A DNA stretch of 64,000 bases from Patellaria atrata CBS 101060. Taxonomy: Eukaryota. Shown in pieces: positions 13,411 through 26,397 of this stretch. A program made the position numbers and the translations under genes. Each line of letters opens with the position of its first letter. Positions within the stretch are counted from its first letter, which is position 1. The notes under the pieces are model-generated. The model ran no database searches. It worked only from the letters and a program-made list of their open reading frames with translations, and had not been told where the DNA came from. The DNA lies in assembly GCA_010093705.1 (NCBI GenBank), contig MU006094.1:905550-969549 (forward strand), written 5' to 3'.

Positions 13411-15295
13411 ACTGCGCGGTAGGGAAGACTCGAGGAACGTATGCGCTCCTAACGGGGATCTGAGCGAAGACGGACACGAAGGATGCTTTGCGAAGAAAGC
13501 TGGTACGGGCGAGATAGGTGGAGAAGCGGGAGGGGAGCACTGCGGGAGCGAGTAGTCTGCCGGAGGAGGAGAAGAATGAGGAGAAGCAGGTTGCTGCAGA
13601 CGCGGGAGGAGAAGTTGAATCACAAGCACGAGGAAGATGCAGGCAACGGAGACTAGCTGGCTTAACGGTGGAACAGTAGAAGTAGAAGAACGTTCTGAAA
13701 CTCTCTCCACCGGACGCTTCCCACTCTCTTTATGCTCAAAATGGATGATATCGGAACTTCTTGATGCGTGAATTGTTCGTGCGCAGTCGGCAGGGCTGTG
13801 TATTTCTTCACCCGCCCGCCTTCTGGCCCTGAAGTCAAGATTTGGTGATATGGTGCTCGGGTCTGCCACCGTAATTGGCGGCGGGGTAAGAGGATAAGGT
13901 ACCTTATACCTTGGTGTGGGTGGGGTTTGACGCAGGGTTACAGGTACCTGCTACAAGTGCTGTATAGTATGAGGTAACCGTACAGTAACCAGGTTGTGGT
14001 GAGTAATATTTCTGTATACCAGTAGTCGAGGTGATATCCTGGGCGGTGCCTGAAGGAATAGAGAGGCCCAAGATTTAATAGGGATGAAGATCTGATAGTT
14101 GATAGGCTCAGATTGGTTAGTTGGGCCTCAATTGATTGTCTTGAACAGGGTTAGACGGGACGATTGATTGAGAATTCCACTCTGCTGGAATTATTACCTG
14201 CTGTAGTCTTCGAGAGTATATACCTCAATTGCGGCTGTGTCTGAATTTTTGGCGTGAGAATCTTTTCAATCTACTGTACAACGACAGTTCCGTCCTCAAC
14301 GAAAATCTTAAAACATAGATTCAAAGGGGTAGTTTCTAATGCACGTGATATAAGGGTATCAACTAAGGCTCACCTTTCTTTTTTCAATGTAATATACGTT
14401 AACATGTTCAACTGAGCAATTGTAGCAAATTAAACCATGTTTTGATATTTGGGTAAATAGAACTCTGTCCCAACATATGTATGCTTCGCTACGACAACTT
14501 TGGCCTCGTATTCCCCGTGCCAACTTGAATAGCATCAAAAGAGCTTCTCATACTCGATGTTCAACCCCAAAACTTTTCACTCCCTCAGCAAGAGTTATAG
14601 ATAATACAATTCCCCTGTGATCAGCTTTCCACCACCTCGATCACGGGTCCTGACGAATGCTACCTCAAAAGCCCCGATTAACTGGTGAGAAAAGCAAGAC
14701 GGGCAAAATCTGATGTATCGTGTAGAGATAGAAACAATAGCAAGATGAAAATCAAACCAAACTGGCCATCCCCATGCAAATCAGTATTAGGCGGGGGACC
14801 AGGTTCTGCAAAAGCTCCAGATGAGGGAAGTACGACGTTTGCCACCCGAACGTCTTATATATGTACGGATAGAGGCCAGGGGGAGGAAAAGGAACCAGAG
14901 TCAAATTGGGAGAATCGAACATCCATCTAAGGAATCCCACGTGTACGTAAATCTTCCCCCGATAGCCCCATTCCGATCTATTGCTGTCATCAAAGGTAAC
15001 AGACATAAAACTGCCTGCTACCCAAATTCGTAAACGCGAGTCAAAGCGCGCAAAATGAAATATGAACAAATGAGCGTGGTGAGTGTGAGACCTCGAGAGG
15101 ACCCCGCACCCTTCAAAGAGGCCTAGAGACGGATTGAAAGAGGGCCAAATCAGCGAAGTGGGAGGAGGATGAGGCCGAGAAGGGGGAGATGGAAGTTAGA
15201 AGACGAGGAAAGAGTCGAAATTGGACTACGCATGAACCGGTGGAATAACAAAAACGCCGTGTGGAATGCTGTGAGAGAAGGGAAACGCCCCTCTA

Positions 15296-17978
15296 TTACC
15301 GAACGCCGATGGGGGGACGGGGTCCCAGACTGCTCTGGCTGCTATGCGCAGAGTTTTCCGAATCTAAGAGAGCGCTGGCGCCACTATCACCACTCCCCGC
15401 GCTAGCGCTCGCACTTCCAGTCAGACTGCGCACTTGAGGACCATTCTTGGGTGGGTATAAGTTGCTCACCCCGACATGTTGTTCAACCTGCTGCGGTGCT
15501 ACTACATTCCCATGCCCCGGTGGGTGCCTTGGGACCGGTTGCCTCATTCCTGGAGGCGACGGTCTGCCATTGGGTTGGTATCCATTTGGCGGGTATCCGT
15601 TAGGTGGCGATGCCCGTCTTCCTCCCTGTCGTCCCGGCATAGGACTAAGTGGGTTCCCTGGCGATTGGCTTGCACGTCTCATGGTAGGATAACCACCGTA
15701 TCCTGCGCCGCCTTGCTGTAGTTCATCCAAACGTGCTGCTGTGAGAGAGTTTGTCCTTGATTCCTGACCCATCGCTTGACGATCAACATTGCCATACCTG
15801 TTGGATGAATAACCCATTAATGGATTATTCATAATGGAGTCGTGCAAACCCGGAACGTCCGCCATCAATCTGGCGCTGGTCCTGTTCTTGTTTTGACCAG
15901 GCCTGGAAAAGGGATTTCGTATACGACTCGGAGCACCTTGCACCTGACCTTGCATCTCGGGATTCTTCCTTAACTGGCTTGCGCTTGGCGCTTTTCGAGT
16001 GCGACGGGAGGTGACACTCATCATATCGAAGTTATCCGGATCGATGGTCGGGCCACGGGATTCCATTGGGTCGAAAAAGTCGTCCTCATCATCATCCTCG
16101 TCGAACCTACCATTGTGCGAAGGTGGTGGTGGTGCCATAGGACCCCTTCGGCGCATGTGCATTTCCTGTTCCCTTAGCGCAAGCTCTTTCTGCCTTATCG
16201 CCAATTCACGTTCTCTCAGAGCTAGGTCGCTGGACGAAGAGTGCATCATGCCATCGGCGTACCCGTTCTGATTTCCGTCGCCTTCAGGCATATTATCATA
16301 GATCATTAGGTGACTAAATTCCTCGAGATTACCATCTTCAAAAGATGGGCGCTTCATGGGTTGTGGTCCCCGAGGAGGGTAACCGTTCATGCCGTTCATA
16401 CCATTCATGGGTGGTGGGCCCCTCCTTCCCATATGTGGTGGTGGCGGCCCCGTCATAGAAGGAGCTCGGCTGCCGGATGGACCGCGCATTCCGTTCTTCA
16501 TCGGACCGTTCATCATCGGAGGACGTCCATTTGGTGCTGAAGACATGCGAGGTGGTAGATTACTACCTGCTGGAGATGGGGTTGCCTGTGTGGGTCTTTG
16601 TTGATTTAGTATGTTTAGGTGGTGTAGCATGGCGTAGAGCGTCTCGACCCTCGGTACTGCGATGCCTGCTTCCTGTGCCATCTTCATGGGGGATCCCAAG
16701 TATGTTTCCACTTCCATCGGCCGCTTTGCTGTAAAATCTTGATACATGATACTATTAGTATCTGTCGGACGTATCATTGCCTCCATTGTCTTTTCCCGGA
16801 AATCTGATGGGTATTCACATCCCTGAGAACGTGCAATTGCTATCAGTTCTTGGATGGTCTCTGAAATAAGCGTTCGGACGCCAACTTTTTCTAAAAGCTC
16901 AGCGTGGTTGGGGGTCTCGAATAATACTGAAGTGGTATGGAACGCAATTGGGCTAAGAAAAAGAGAAAAAAAAAGGATTAGCTATCAATGATTAAGGGTT
17001 TATCAAACCAGATTCTTACCCGATATTTCTTTCATACTGCTGTTGCCTTATGTTCGTGGATACCTTGCAGTCGACGTGACCGGAGCTCAAAGTCATGGCT
17101 AATGCCTCAGCCATATCTGACTGAATCGACGCCGGTATAGCGGGATTCTTGTTTGCAGGTCCAACCCAGATATCTGTCATACCCTTGTGCTCAAACTCAC
17201 TTGCACCTAATTGCAAGATCTCTGCCCCAGAAACTAATGACAGGACAACATTTGTAGGGAATCGTTGTTCCAAATAAGATTCGATGCCAATTGTGTTGGT
17301 GGTGTTTATTAATATGCAGGTGTGTTGGGGAGCGACGACGGACTCAATTACAGACGCAAGATCGTAAACATCTGGTAGAGCCTTGACGCAAAGCAATACA
17401 TAGTCGAAGGGAGATTTTGTTCGTTGTGCAGCATCTTCGGGTGATCGAACGACTAAAAATCGCGAATTAGTGCGCGTTCCAAGCTAGAAGGAAGGTCAAG
17501 GGGAAAAAGTGCCAATGATGACGAGAACATACCTGCGTGAGGTTTGAAGCGCTCATTGCCAAATACTATCGATCTAAGAAGAGATACTTGTCAACATGAT
17601 GTTCCTTGATTTATGTCTCGATTGACTGGAACACGTACTTGAACGATATGCCATATTGTGCCACGTTTTCGAAGCCAGATTTCCACACTAAGGTGACATC
17701 GCAGGCATTCGTTGCCTGTAGTCTCCACGAAAGGAAGGCTGATACCGCGTTTCCACCAACTGAGCAGACTCGGATTAGTTCAGGCATTGCATCTGGTGAA
17801 GAGGTAAAGAGAAGAGAGAGAAGGAAAAACGAGTGAAGGTCGAAGGTCCGACTGGACGATCGGGTTGGACAATGTGTGAGGGCGACGAGCCTGCGATAGT
17901 GTAGTTGTTTGTGAGAAGGGGGAGAGATAGCATGTACACACCTGAGAGTATGCGGAGCCGAGGAGACGCTGGCGCCAT
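15296..17978 (-). CDS. Ketopantoate reductase (PanE/ApbA)-like protein, Svl3/Pam1 type, with a long Pro/Gly/Met-rich C-terminus; about 4 introns (first 17941-17760)
   Basis: Spliced N-terminus MAPASPRLRILS|VGGNAVSAFLSWRL (Rossmann-like), LCVKALPD, SIMYQDF..RPMEVE. Confidence 0.8.
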
Positions 17979-19878
17979 AGTTCAAATCAATGGACGGCCT
18001 GGTGTTCCAAGATTGAGGCGGTGGAAGCAGAAGTCGTGGTGGTTGGCCTGCTTGTAGCTGCAAAAGGGTTGGCGTGAAGTTGGGTCGTGTATCCAGCGTT
18101 CCAGCGTGTAATGTCCAAAGGGCCGATACGAGTGAAACCGGAGTAGGGAGATTAGGTGAAATGTATTAAGATAATAGGTTGTCAACGAGCGTGGATGGGG
18201 CGCCGATAGAGTTTGTCACGGTCGAAGCGCAGTAGTCAGTTGTATTGGATGAAAGGTATCGGAACGAGAGGCTGAGGGAGTAGCAGACAAGTACCAGCAA
18301 ATCGTAGCAGATGAGGAGCTGCAGTCGATTTGTTGAGCTTACACCTTTTGGAGAAAGCGCTTTACAAAGAGAGTAGAAAGCGACAGAAACGGGTTAGAAG
18401 TTTGATTGTGGGTAGGCTTTGGGTAGGCTTTGGGTAGGGAATTAGGGTAGCCTTTCTGTCAACGGTCGCGCGAACCTACGCCAATGCCAATTCTACCACA
18501 CGGGACAAACACCGAACGTGGGAAACTGCTTTCTTGATGCCTGAGAGGGAAGAGTAGGCAAGAGCGCGCGTCCAACAAAATTGCCTTGGACGCCCCCGAT
18601 ATTTTGATTGTTTTCGCACCGTGCAGGCCGTGACTCGTTACTCAACCTGAGATGATGTGCAGAAGTCAGGTTAGAAAACAAAGAACCTAACCTTTAAGTG
18701 GGGGGGGTTTTTTGTTTGCAGGGCTTTGGAAATAAAAAACGAGCGTGAAGGCGACTACGCGTGTGGAATTTGTGATGGCTGGTGGTGCTTGTGGGACGAG
18801 AAAGGGAGGCCAACAACGATGAAACCCTCTAAAAGAGAGAATAAAAATGCAGTCAGGATTTAGGGCAAGTAGCATCAGCAATTAACCAGCAATTACTATT
18901 TTATCACTTTCTTCGTCCATACAGATTACAGAAGAGTAAAATGAGAGAAGCGAAGGCATGGGTTGCTTGCTATAACACAGCACTGATATTCTAGGAATCT
19001 AGGTACCCGTTCACCGGTGCGCAAGAGGATCTCTAATAATGAGTTCATACAGAGATGTCGAGCTACTATTTCCTTTCTCAGGCACAATACCGCAACCGGT
19101 AAACCAATTTACAATATTTCTATTTCTATCTTGCAGGAACAACGACTGTAGATCTGGAGAGGTCTAAAGGTAAGAAGATCTTCTCTCTTTGCCTTCGGAT
19201 CATCTTACCTCCATCGCGGATTGATATCTGCAGTATCGGTTCGGTACCTGCCTGATGGTTTCGCCATCCACTATGCTCCTTCTGCGTTTGATCGTCTTCT
19301 AATAAGGTACATTCAGGTACATTCAGGTACGTACGGTATGCTCCTACTTCCCCGGTTTCTACTTCTAGACTTAATAATAATGGAAGTAACGAGTGTTGCT
19401 ATTTCTGTTGCTCTTTCTTTTCCTGCAGCCACGTCGAGAATAACTCTTTCCGCATCCTTGAAAGCATCAGCCAGATGGATTTTTACAAATCCAGAAGGAT
19501 GATGAATCCGAAAACCCGTTCCCTTCAACACAACGGGTCGCCAAGAGGTTCATGATCGATGAAGGCATTCATCCCGGCCATTTCTCTCCCGCACCAGCCG
19601 GTCGCGTGGCATATTTGCAAAATGTTGGGTTACGGAGTACCATAATGGTTTCTGCAATATTAGACTGAATTGCTGCAAATATAACCCCACCATGAGGTTA
19701 CGAGTGGTTCCAGTTTCATCCTCCCCTTCAATTTGCTTCGACGTTGGAAGATGACTTATCGAATCTCGCACGGATCATCGCTGATGTTTTGCTGCTTTGG
19801 CCTTTGGCAGCTTTGCATGCTGAACCGAATCGAGCTTGAGAAGAAATAGCAAGTGGAATTAAGCGATATGAGACGTGG

Positions 19879-19908
19879 GACTTGAGACTTGAGACTTGAG
19901 ACTTGAGA
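19879..19908. repeat. 7-bp tandem repeat (GACTTGA x4)
   Basis: Directly visible in the sequence. Confidence 0.9.
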
Positions 19909-22900
19909 ATCAAAATGTCAGCAATTCAGTCTGAGACCTGCATGCTCTCAGGATTTCACCGAGACGATTCATCACTGTATTCAGAATTGCATGTTGGATA
20001 CTAACAACGTTTTAGGCGCCCATAAGCGACCGTTGAACGAGAATTTAGGTCCTCAAATTTCTAGAGTATAACAAAGGCCTGTTAACTTCCAATCGTTGCC
20101 TGAGCGCTTCTTGTGCCGTTGAACGAGTCTTCTGAAGTGGCACTGTACCTGTACCTCTTACAGATAGCATCTCATGATTCTCACCCCTTTTATTCTGCTC
20201 TCTCTTGTGGGGAAATATTCTGGAAAAGATCCCACCCGACGCTATCTGTACCAAGTCGTCATCTGTTTCCGCGAGAAGCAAACCTTCAATTTCAAGTCCC
20301 ACTGCCAAGATGCTACTTTTTCTTCGCCGTCTCCACGACAATAAGCGATTTGCCTTCAATCGATCAAGCATTCAAAATAGTTGCTTAGAAAGAAAAATTG
20401 TCAATTGATACATTTAAAACATCTAGACTTTATCTCCAAGAATAGAGATTCTGTTTGCAGAGGCAAACCATTTTCATCAACCTCTGAAGATCTCTACGGT
20501 AACTCGCAATAAGCTTGAAGAACTGACGGCGTGGATGGATAAGAATAGCTCAACGCCACAGCAGAATGAGCAAATGATGTTCCTGATCGAGGCAGAAACC
20601 CTGTCAACTCGCTCATCTTTTTCGACAATATCTCATCTAGAACTTTGAGCATCTGAAGTCCCAATTGTCCAGAGTCTAAAATAAATCGCCATCAAACGGA
20701 GTCTAAAGAGGTGGAAGTCTCTTCCGTCCTTGTCCCGGATGTTCACTCTTCCGGAGTAATAATTTATCTGAAGTTGTGAGAATTGCTATTATGGCCTTAC
20801 CCAACCCCTTAGTTGCTGTACCAGGTAACATCGCGACTTGGAAAAGGGGCTCTCTAGCCACATTGTTAATATTGAGCGCTCGAGCATTTCTATCCTTCGA
20901 TGCCATCGCACGATCTCAATTCGCTAACTGCATGTGCACAGATAAACGCTAACTAAATGCTCATCAGGTACCGCCGCTTACTGCATCTAATAATTTGGTC
21001 CCAATTAATTTTCTGCTGCTTCCATCTCTCACAATTGTGATGATGAAAGGATTGCTTTTTCAAGGTCATATAGCCTTTGGATATTCCATTTCTAGTATCA
21101 TTATAGGTGGTGCCTACGTCTATGCGGTCCCGTAGCAGTTTTCCATAAGTTGAGTAAGGAACCGTCAAAGTTGAAAAGAATTGCCGGATCAGTTAAGGAT
21201 GAGCTCGAGCTCGGTTGCTGGCTAGCGATCAGCCACCCCCATCTCCATCCGTATCTTAACACTCACAAACCTGTATACTTACAAAACAGCACTCGCCACA
21301 GCAACCATACGATACACTACAAAACAACAAAACCTCCTCAAGCTGATTTCACTATCCCGTGGCGGTAGGCGATCTTACCCATTCCATCGCCCACCGTTCC
21401 CAATCCGTCCTGGCACTATCCCAAACCGTACCACAGTCTGTGGCAGTAAAAGTCGATCAAGCAAGAATTATCAGGAAAACATGCCTATCAGCACGCTCCA
21501 GCGCATCGTGGCCGCCATCAAAGCAGGCTTTCGCGACTCAGCAGCCCACGCTCTGTCCCGGAAACGGCCTGTGTGCGAGCAAGCCCGAGCCCGTGCGAAT
21601 GGTGACCTTGGGGATTTCTTCGTCGGCGGCGGTGCAGTACAGGGAACCTACCGAACTGCTCATCTCCCCTTTCTGGGATGTGCTTCAGGGGTCGCGATAG
21701 GGTGGAACGCGTGAGGATGAAAGTGGAGGGTACGTGCCTCGGGCGCGGATGCGCGCGGACGAGGAACAATAATTTTCTTCAGAATAATCAAAGAATTCAT
21801 AAGGAGTTTAGCCAGGAGATGGAAACTCCCTCGTTCCTGAGGCTCCAACATGGATGGGGCTCTCGCGAATTCGATTCGCGATTACGATGATTTGGAGACG
21901 GTGAATTCTCTATTTCCATCATTCTGGCGAACGGCGTTAGGGACCTACGGTTATCAATTATCACCATATCGATAACCGCTACATGAGAGGTTCTGATACC
22001 TTTCCTCAATTTCACTCAACGCGCGCGTGATGCTTTCCATATTATTCTGGCAGTCATGACTGCAGTTCACCACAACCGTTGCTATATGAAGCCGTGATAT
22101 ACCTCCCCAACATCGCATTTTCCAAATCCCATCCCCTGATCCCAGCGCGTCGCCGCGAGGAAATTAGAAGAGAATCTACGTTCTTCTATCGTCGTATCGA
22201 TACCGTGCCGATGCGAGCCTCTGATACAGTATCTGCCATGATCCCCAAACTTCGCCGCCCCGCGCGCCTGACATACAGAACTGGCCATGTCCATGTCTAT
22301 AGCTGATGCCGTACTAACATTACTGTACAGTATACTGATGAACAATTCAACGGTCGATTCCTCGCCTCAACCTCCTCGTCTGGTGAACGAGGAACCCACC
22401 CATCAAACCTCACAGAGCAAACACCAAACCTCCAACCGTCGCCCTCCCATAAACAAACCACACACAAACCCCGAACCCCTCAACTAACCTCCAAAACCCC
22501 GTATCCCCTATCAAACCCAATTCCCACGGTTCCCAACCCTGGACGTGGAAGATGACATACCAGGCCACCCCCTTACCCCTCACGATCCGCTCATTTCCCA
22601 AAATCAGGTTTATGATCCCTCCCTCCGCATTCTCCAACTCCCAAGTACAGGTAAAATTATACTGTATATAGTAGTAAGGTAGTTATAGTACCGTATATCC
22701 AAGGAGCTCGGTCGCTGCTTACATCTCTCTCATCTCATCGGGACTTCCTTCATCCGGATTAGGCGGATATCGATCATCGAACAAAAACCACGTGCCCAAT
22801 AGAAACCGTATCTGTTCTGTATGGCTATCCACCTTTCAAAGCATCGAGTATTATATTTCCAAAGACGAGGCAGTCACGATATGTTTCGAAGAGCACCAAC

Positions 22901-23301
22901 CGGTGGTAAGACGAATGACCCTGAACATACTCCATTACCCTTGCTAAGCTAAGATAAAAATACATTTATTTCCTCTCCTCTGCTCTCCTCATCTGTCTTC
23001 CGCATCAAGAAACTCTCTTAACCCATGCCCACTCAGCTTTAAGATAAAGATAATCGTCTGGCACTCTCGACATACAAACCTAGCAAAAGCAGAAAAGTCA
23101 TATAGAGACACTCACAGAAGTAAAAGAAAATTTGGTTTTCCCTTCCATCGAGAAGAAAAACATACCCTTTGTTTTTTTTAGACCGGATGAGAAAAATGAG
23201 AACCACGATACGCAACCAATTGCACGCCATGGGAAACATCTGAAAACCTCCTCCCTGAATCATTGCATCACATTTAGGGGGCGGAAGAAGCGGAATTGTA
23301 T

Positions 23302-25245
23302 CTACTTCGCCGCGGGAGCTGTGGACATGTAGCTATCGGGGGCGATGCCTTCGGCCGGGAATTCGCTGTGGCGTGATTAGAAATCTGGATATGTGAAATA
23401 CTGGAAGAGATGAAAAACTTACGGCATGGCGACCTCAAAGCGTCCTTCGATCTGCTTCAAAACCTCCTGATCTTGCTCACTGCTCACGAACGAGATACTG
23501 AGACCCTTGGTACCGAAGCGGCCAGCACGACCAACTCGATGAAGGTAGGAATCTGCATCAGCGGGGAGATCGTAGTTGATGGCAAGGTTGATGCGTTCGA
23601 TATCGATGCCACGGCCGAAGACGTCTGTTGCAACACAGATACGCTTGTTGAACTCCTTAAATTCTGTGTAGCGACGAATGCTAATCAAGTATCAGCATGT
23701 TAATGGAATGACAATGATCGGGGTAGACGTACCGTTCTTCTTGGCTAACACCAGAGTGCACTGCAATGCTAGGGAAGTTGCACTCACGAAGGAGTTTATC
23801 GAGCTCAGTGGCACGGATAGTGCTCTTGACGAAGATGATGACCTGGTTAAATTCCAAAGTGTCCAAGAGGTCATTGAGCTTCCTATTCTTTTCACCTTCA
23901 GAAAGCTTGATGTAGTATTGCTGCAATCCGTGCAGCGTCAGCTTCGTACTGTCATCAACGTAAATCTCGAGAGGGTTTTGCATGAACTTCTTGCAAATCG
24001 GGCGCGTCTCTTGCGAGAGTGTCGCGCTGAACATCATCACTTGCTTCTGAGTGGGAGTAGCGCGGAAAATCTCCTGTACATCCCGACGCATGTCTTTGGG
24101 GATGTTAGCAAGGTCTAAAGTCTAAGACTTAAAACTTACCAATCTGATCTAACATCTTATCACATTCATCAAGAACGAATTGCCTGATGCTTCCGAGACG
24201 AAGCTTCTTGTCTCGAACTAGCGCATTCAAGCGACCGGGAGTTGCGACAATGATATGAGGATGTGTCTCCTTCTTGCTAAGGGTTTCAATGTCATTTTGA
24301 ATGGGGGTACCACCGTAAAAGACAGACACCTTGACATGGGGTAGATATTTCCCGAATCGAGAATATTCGTTCTTGATTTGATAAGCCAGCTCACGGGTGT
24401 GGCACATTACCAGGACCGATGTTTCGCCGTCAATAGGGTCGACTTGCTGAAGAGTAGCAAGGACAAAAACTGCAGTCTTACCAAGACCGGATTTGGCCTG
24501 GCAAAGAATGTCGGTACCAAGAATTGCTTGGGGGATTGTAAGTTGCTGAACTGTATGTAGCAAGCCGGAAGTTAGAATATAATTGATCGTCCAAGAGCGA
24601 AACGTGTGAAAGCAGAGGACGCGTTAACGTCCATCCATCTCGTGAGTATATCGTCGATTCATAACACCACTAGGATAATTCTACAGTAGTTCGATTTGAC
24701 ATGTTGTTCATCCACCTTTCGGAACCAACACCGCTAGCTCTTCACGGCCACGTAAGCAGCCTAGAGTGACCCCGGAAGCTTTTTGAAAAGTCTTCAGTCC
24801 TTTTGCCACAGGTGACAGGACATCAAGGTAGGGGTGGTGTCCAAAAGGATGTCTTGATGAGTTGACGATACTGCCGTCAAACAAGATGCCCTCGACGCTT
24901 CTAATCTTCCTCGTCTCCATACAAATTTTGATAACTCGCATCGAACGATAGCCGCAGAGATGGATGGACGGTAACGCGGAGGGAATGAGAGCTTGGGGAT
25001 GATGATTATGACTGACCCTCCGATGGATGTTCGAACCCGTTGTCCGTTACGGCACGCAGAATTTCCGTGCTGAGAAGGAAATCCTTGAATACGGTCGAGT
25101 GGATGCCGACATAGCTGCCCTTCTTATCTCCAGTGGTTCCACTGGCAGCTTTATCTCCGTTAGAGCTTACAAGGTTCCCAGAAGGTGCATCGTTGGTTCC
25201 TATCTCCTCGTCGGAATAGTCGATTAGGTCCTCTTCGTGAGACAT
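23302..25245 (-). CDS. SUB2: DECD-box RNA helicase SUB2/UAP56; 4 introns, the first at 25016-24551 (466 nt)
   Basis: [65 protein letters not shown]. Confidence 0.97.
24620..24978 (-). other. Structured intronic element in SUB2 intron 1, bounded by a 22-nt inverted repeat
   Basis: 24620-24641 CGCGTTAACGTCCATCCATCTC vs 24957-24978 GAGATGGATGGACGGTAACGCG (21/22 complementary); internal hairpins. Confidence 0.75.
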
Positions 25246-25590
25246 GTTGCGATTGAAGAACGAGAGTAGTTAGGCGTGGTCGGGGTAAGAAGGTTGATTT
25301 ATGTTGCGTTGCTCTGGCTTTCGGCGCTTAAAGTAAATAGTGGTATCGGCCTCTACCTAGAAGTGGCTTTGGATGAACGCGTCGTGGGTTGTTTGTTTTT
25401 GGATGGTGAAAGGTAAAGAAAGTTTGCAAGAAACAAAGAACGAAGGAAGGAAGGAAGCCAAGGCCAAGGCAACCATGCGAGAACGGCCATTGCTGACTTA
25501 TCAAACTAAGGCCGCAATAGGATTAGTGGACTTGGCGAGAACGACCAATATCAAACTTCAAATGGGCATCCTACTAGTAAGTGTAACACG

Positions 25591-26229
25591 ATGGGCAAAG
25601 GTACCGCTGTCAAGAAGGCCAAAAGTGTGCCCAACCGGCACTTAAATGCTCGGATATCTTACTTGCATCAAGCAGCTAGTTACTTAGAGGCTATACAGAG
25701 TCCAATCTTAAAGCATCAAGGTTATGGGGTACAATCCAGCTCCGTAACTGACATCCAATCTGTCATTGAACCTCAACAAACCACGAGCGCGGTTCAGTTG
25801 TGCGAAGGAGCTTTAGCTAAGGATTCGCACAATTTCAGGAACAATATCCGAGATACAAATCAAAGGCCGGGTTCTTCGTCTAGGATACAAGACAATCCCA
25901 TCGAAAGTAGTCAATCCACCATAAGGTTAAAACCTTTATCATCAGGACTTCACCGATATTACCTTGCTACTGCCCGAATAACTGCTCGAAAAGCCGTTGT
26001 CCGCATCTCTCCTTCCGTAAAGCGCACAATGTGTAAACGTTGTGACACTCTCCTTGTTCCTGGCAAAACTTCTAGACTACGAATAGAAAATGCTAGCAAA
26101 GGAGGTAGTAAACCATGGGCCGATGTTTTGGTTGTTGAGTGCCTGGAGTGTGGAATGCTTAAGCGGTTTCCAGTGGGGCAGAACAGCAATTTCGCAAAAC
26201 TGGTCGAGTTCGAGAAGACTGGGGGATAG
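25591..26229 (+). CDS. RNase P subunit Rpr2/Rpp21 (Rpr2/Snm1 family)
   Basis: HLNARISYLHQAASYL; RISPSVKRTMCKRC..LVPG..VECLECG..KRF zinc ribbon. Confidence 0.88.
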   Translation: MGKGTAVKKAKSVPNRHLNARISYLHQAASYLEAIQSPILKHQGYGVQSSSVTDIQSVIEPQQTTSAVQLCEGALAKDSHNFRNNIRDTNQRPGSSSRIQDNPIESSQSTIRLKPLSSGLHRYYLATARITARKAVVRISPSVKRTMCKRCDTLLVPGKTSRLRIENASKGGSKPWADVLVVECLECGMLKRFPVGQNSNFAKLVEFEKTGG

Positions 26230-26397
26230 AATTCACAGGAGAAAAGTCTCAATAAACATGCATAGAGGTAGTCGTTCACCATGCCGGTTATTCCCTCAAC
26301 GCCGTGTAATGAAGTTCTGACCCATATCTATCCTGTCAATCATATCGAGCGTACCAGTACAATCTTGGAATTGTATAAACCTAACTCTAATCCCACC

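Noticed and set aside
13309..13869. 186-aa ORF upstream of glucokinase
   Set aside because: Only its last ~32 codons (from ATG 13410) resemble hexokinase exon 1; the remainder is probably 5' UTR/promoter
17611..18063. ORF suggesting a start at MPELIRVCS (17787) or further upstream
   Set aside because: A canonical intron at 17941-17760 gives the more plausible start MAPASPRLRILS|VGG at 17978
24708..24941. 77-aa ORF inside SUB2 intron 1
   Set aside because: No recognisable motifs or flanking splice signals; the base-pairing pattern explains the region better
24551..25016. C/D-box snoRNA or TPP riboswitch in the SUB2 intron
   Set aside because: No properly placed RTGATGA/CTGA pair or TPP aptamer core on the transcribed strand by eye; an H/ACA RNA cannot be excluded without Infernal
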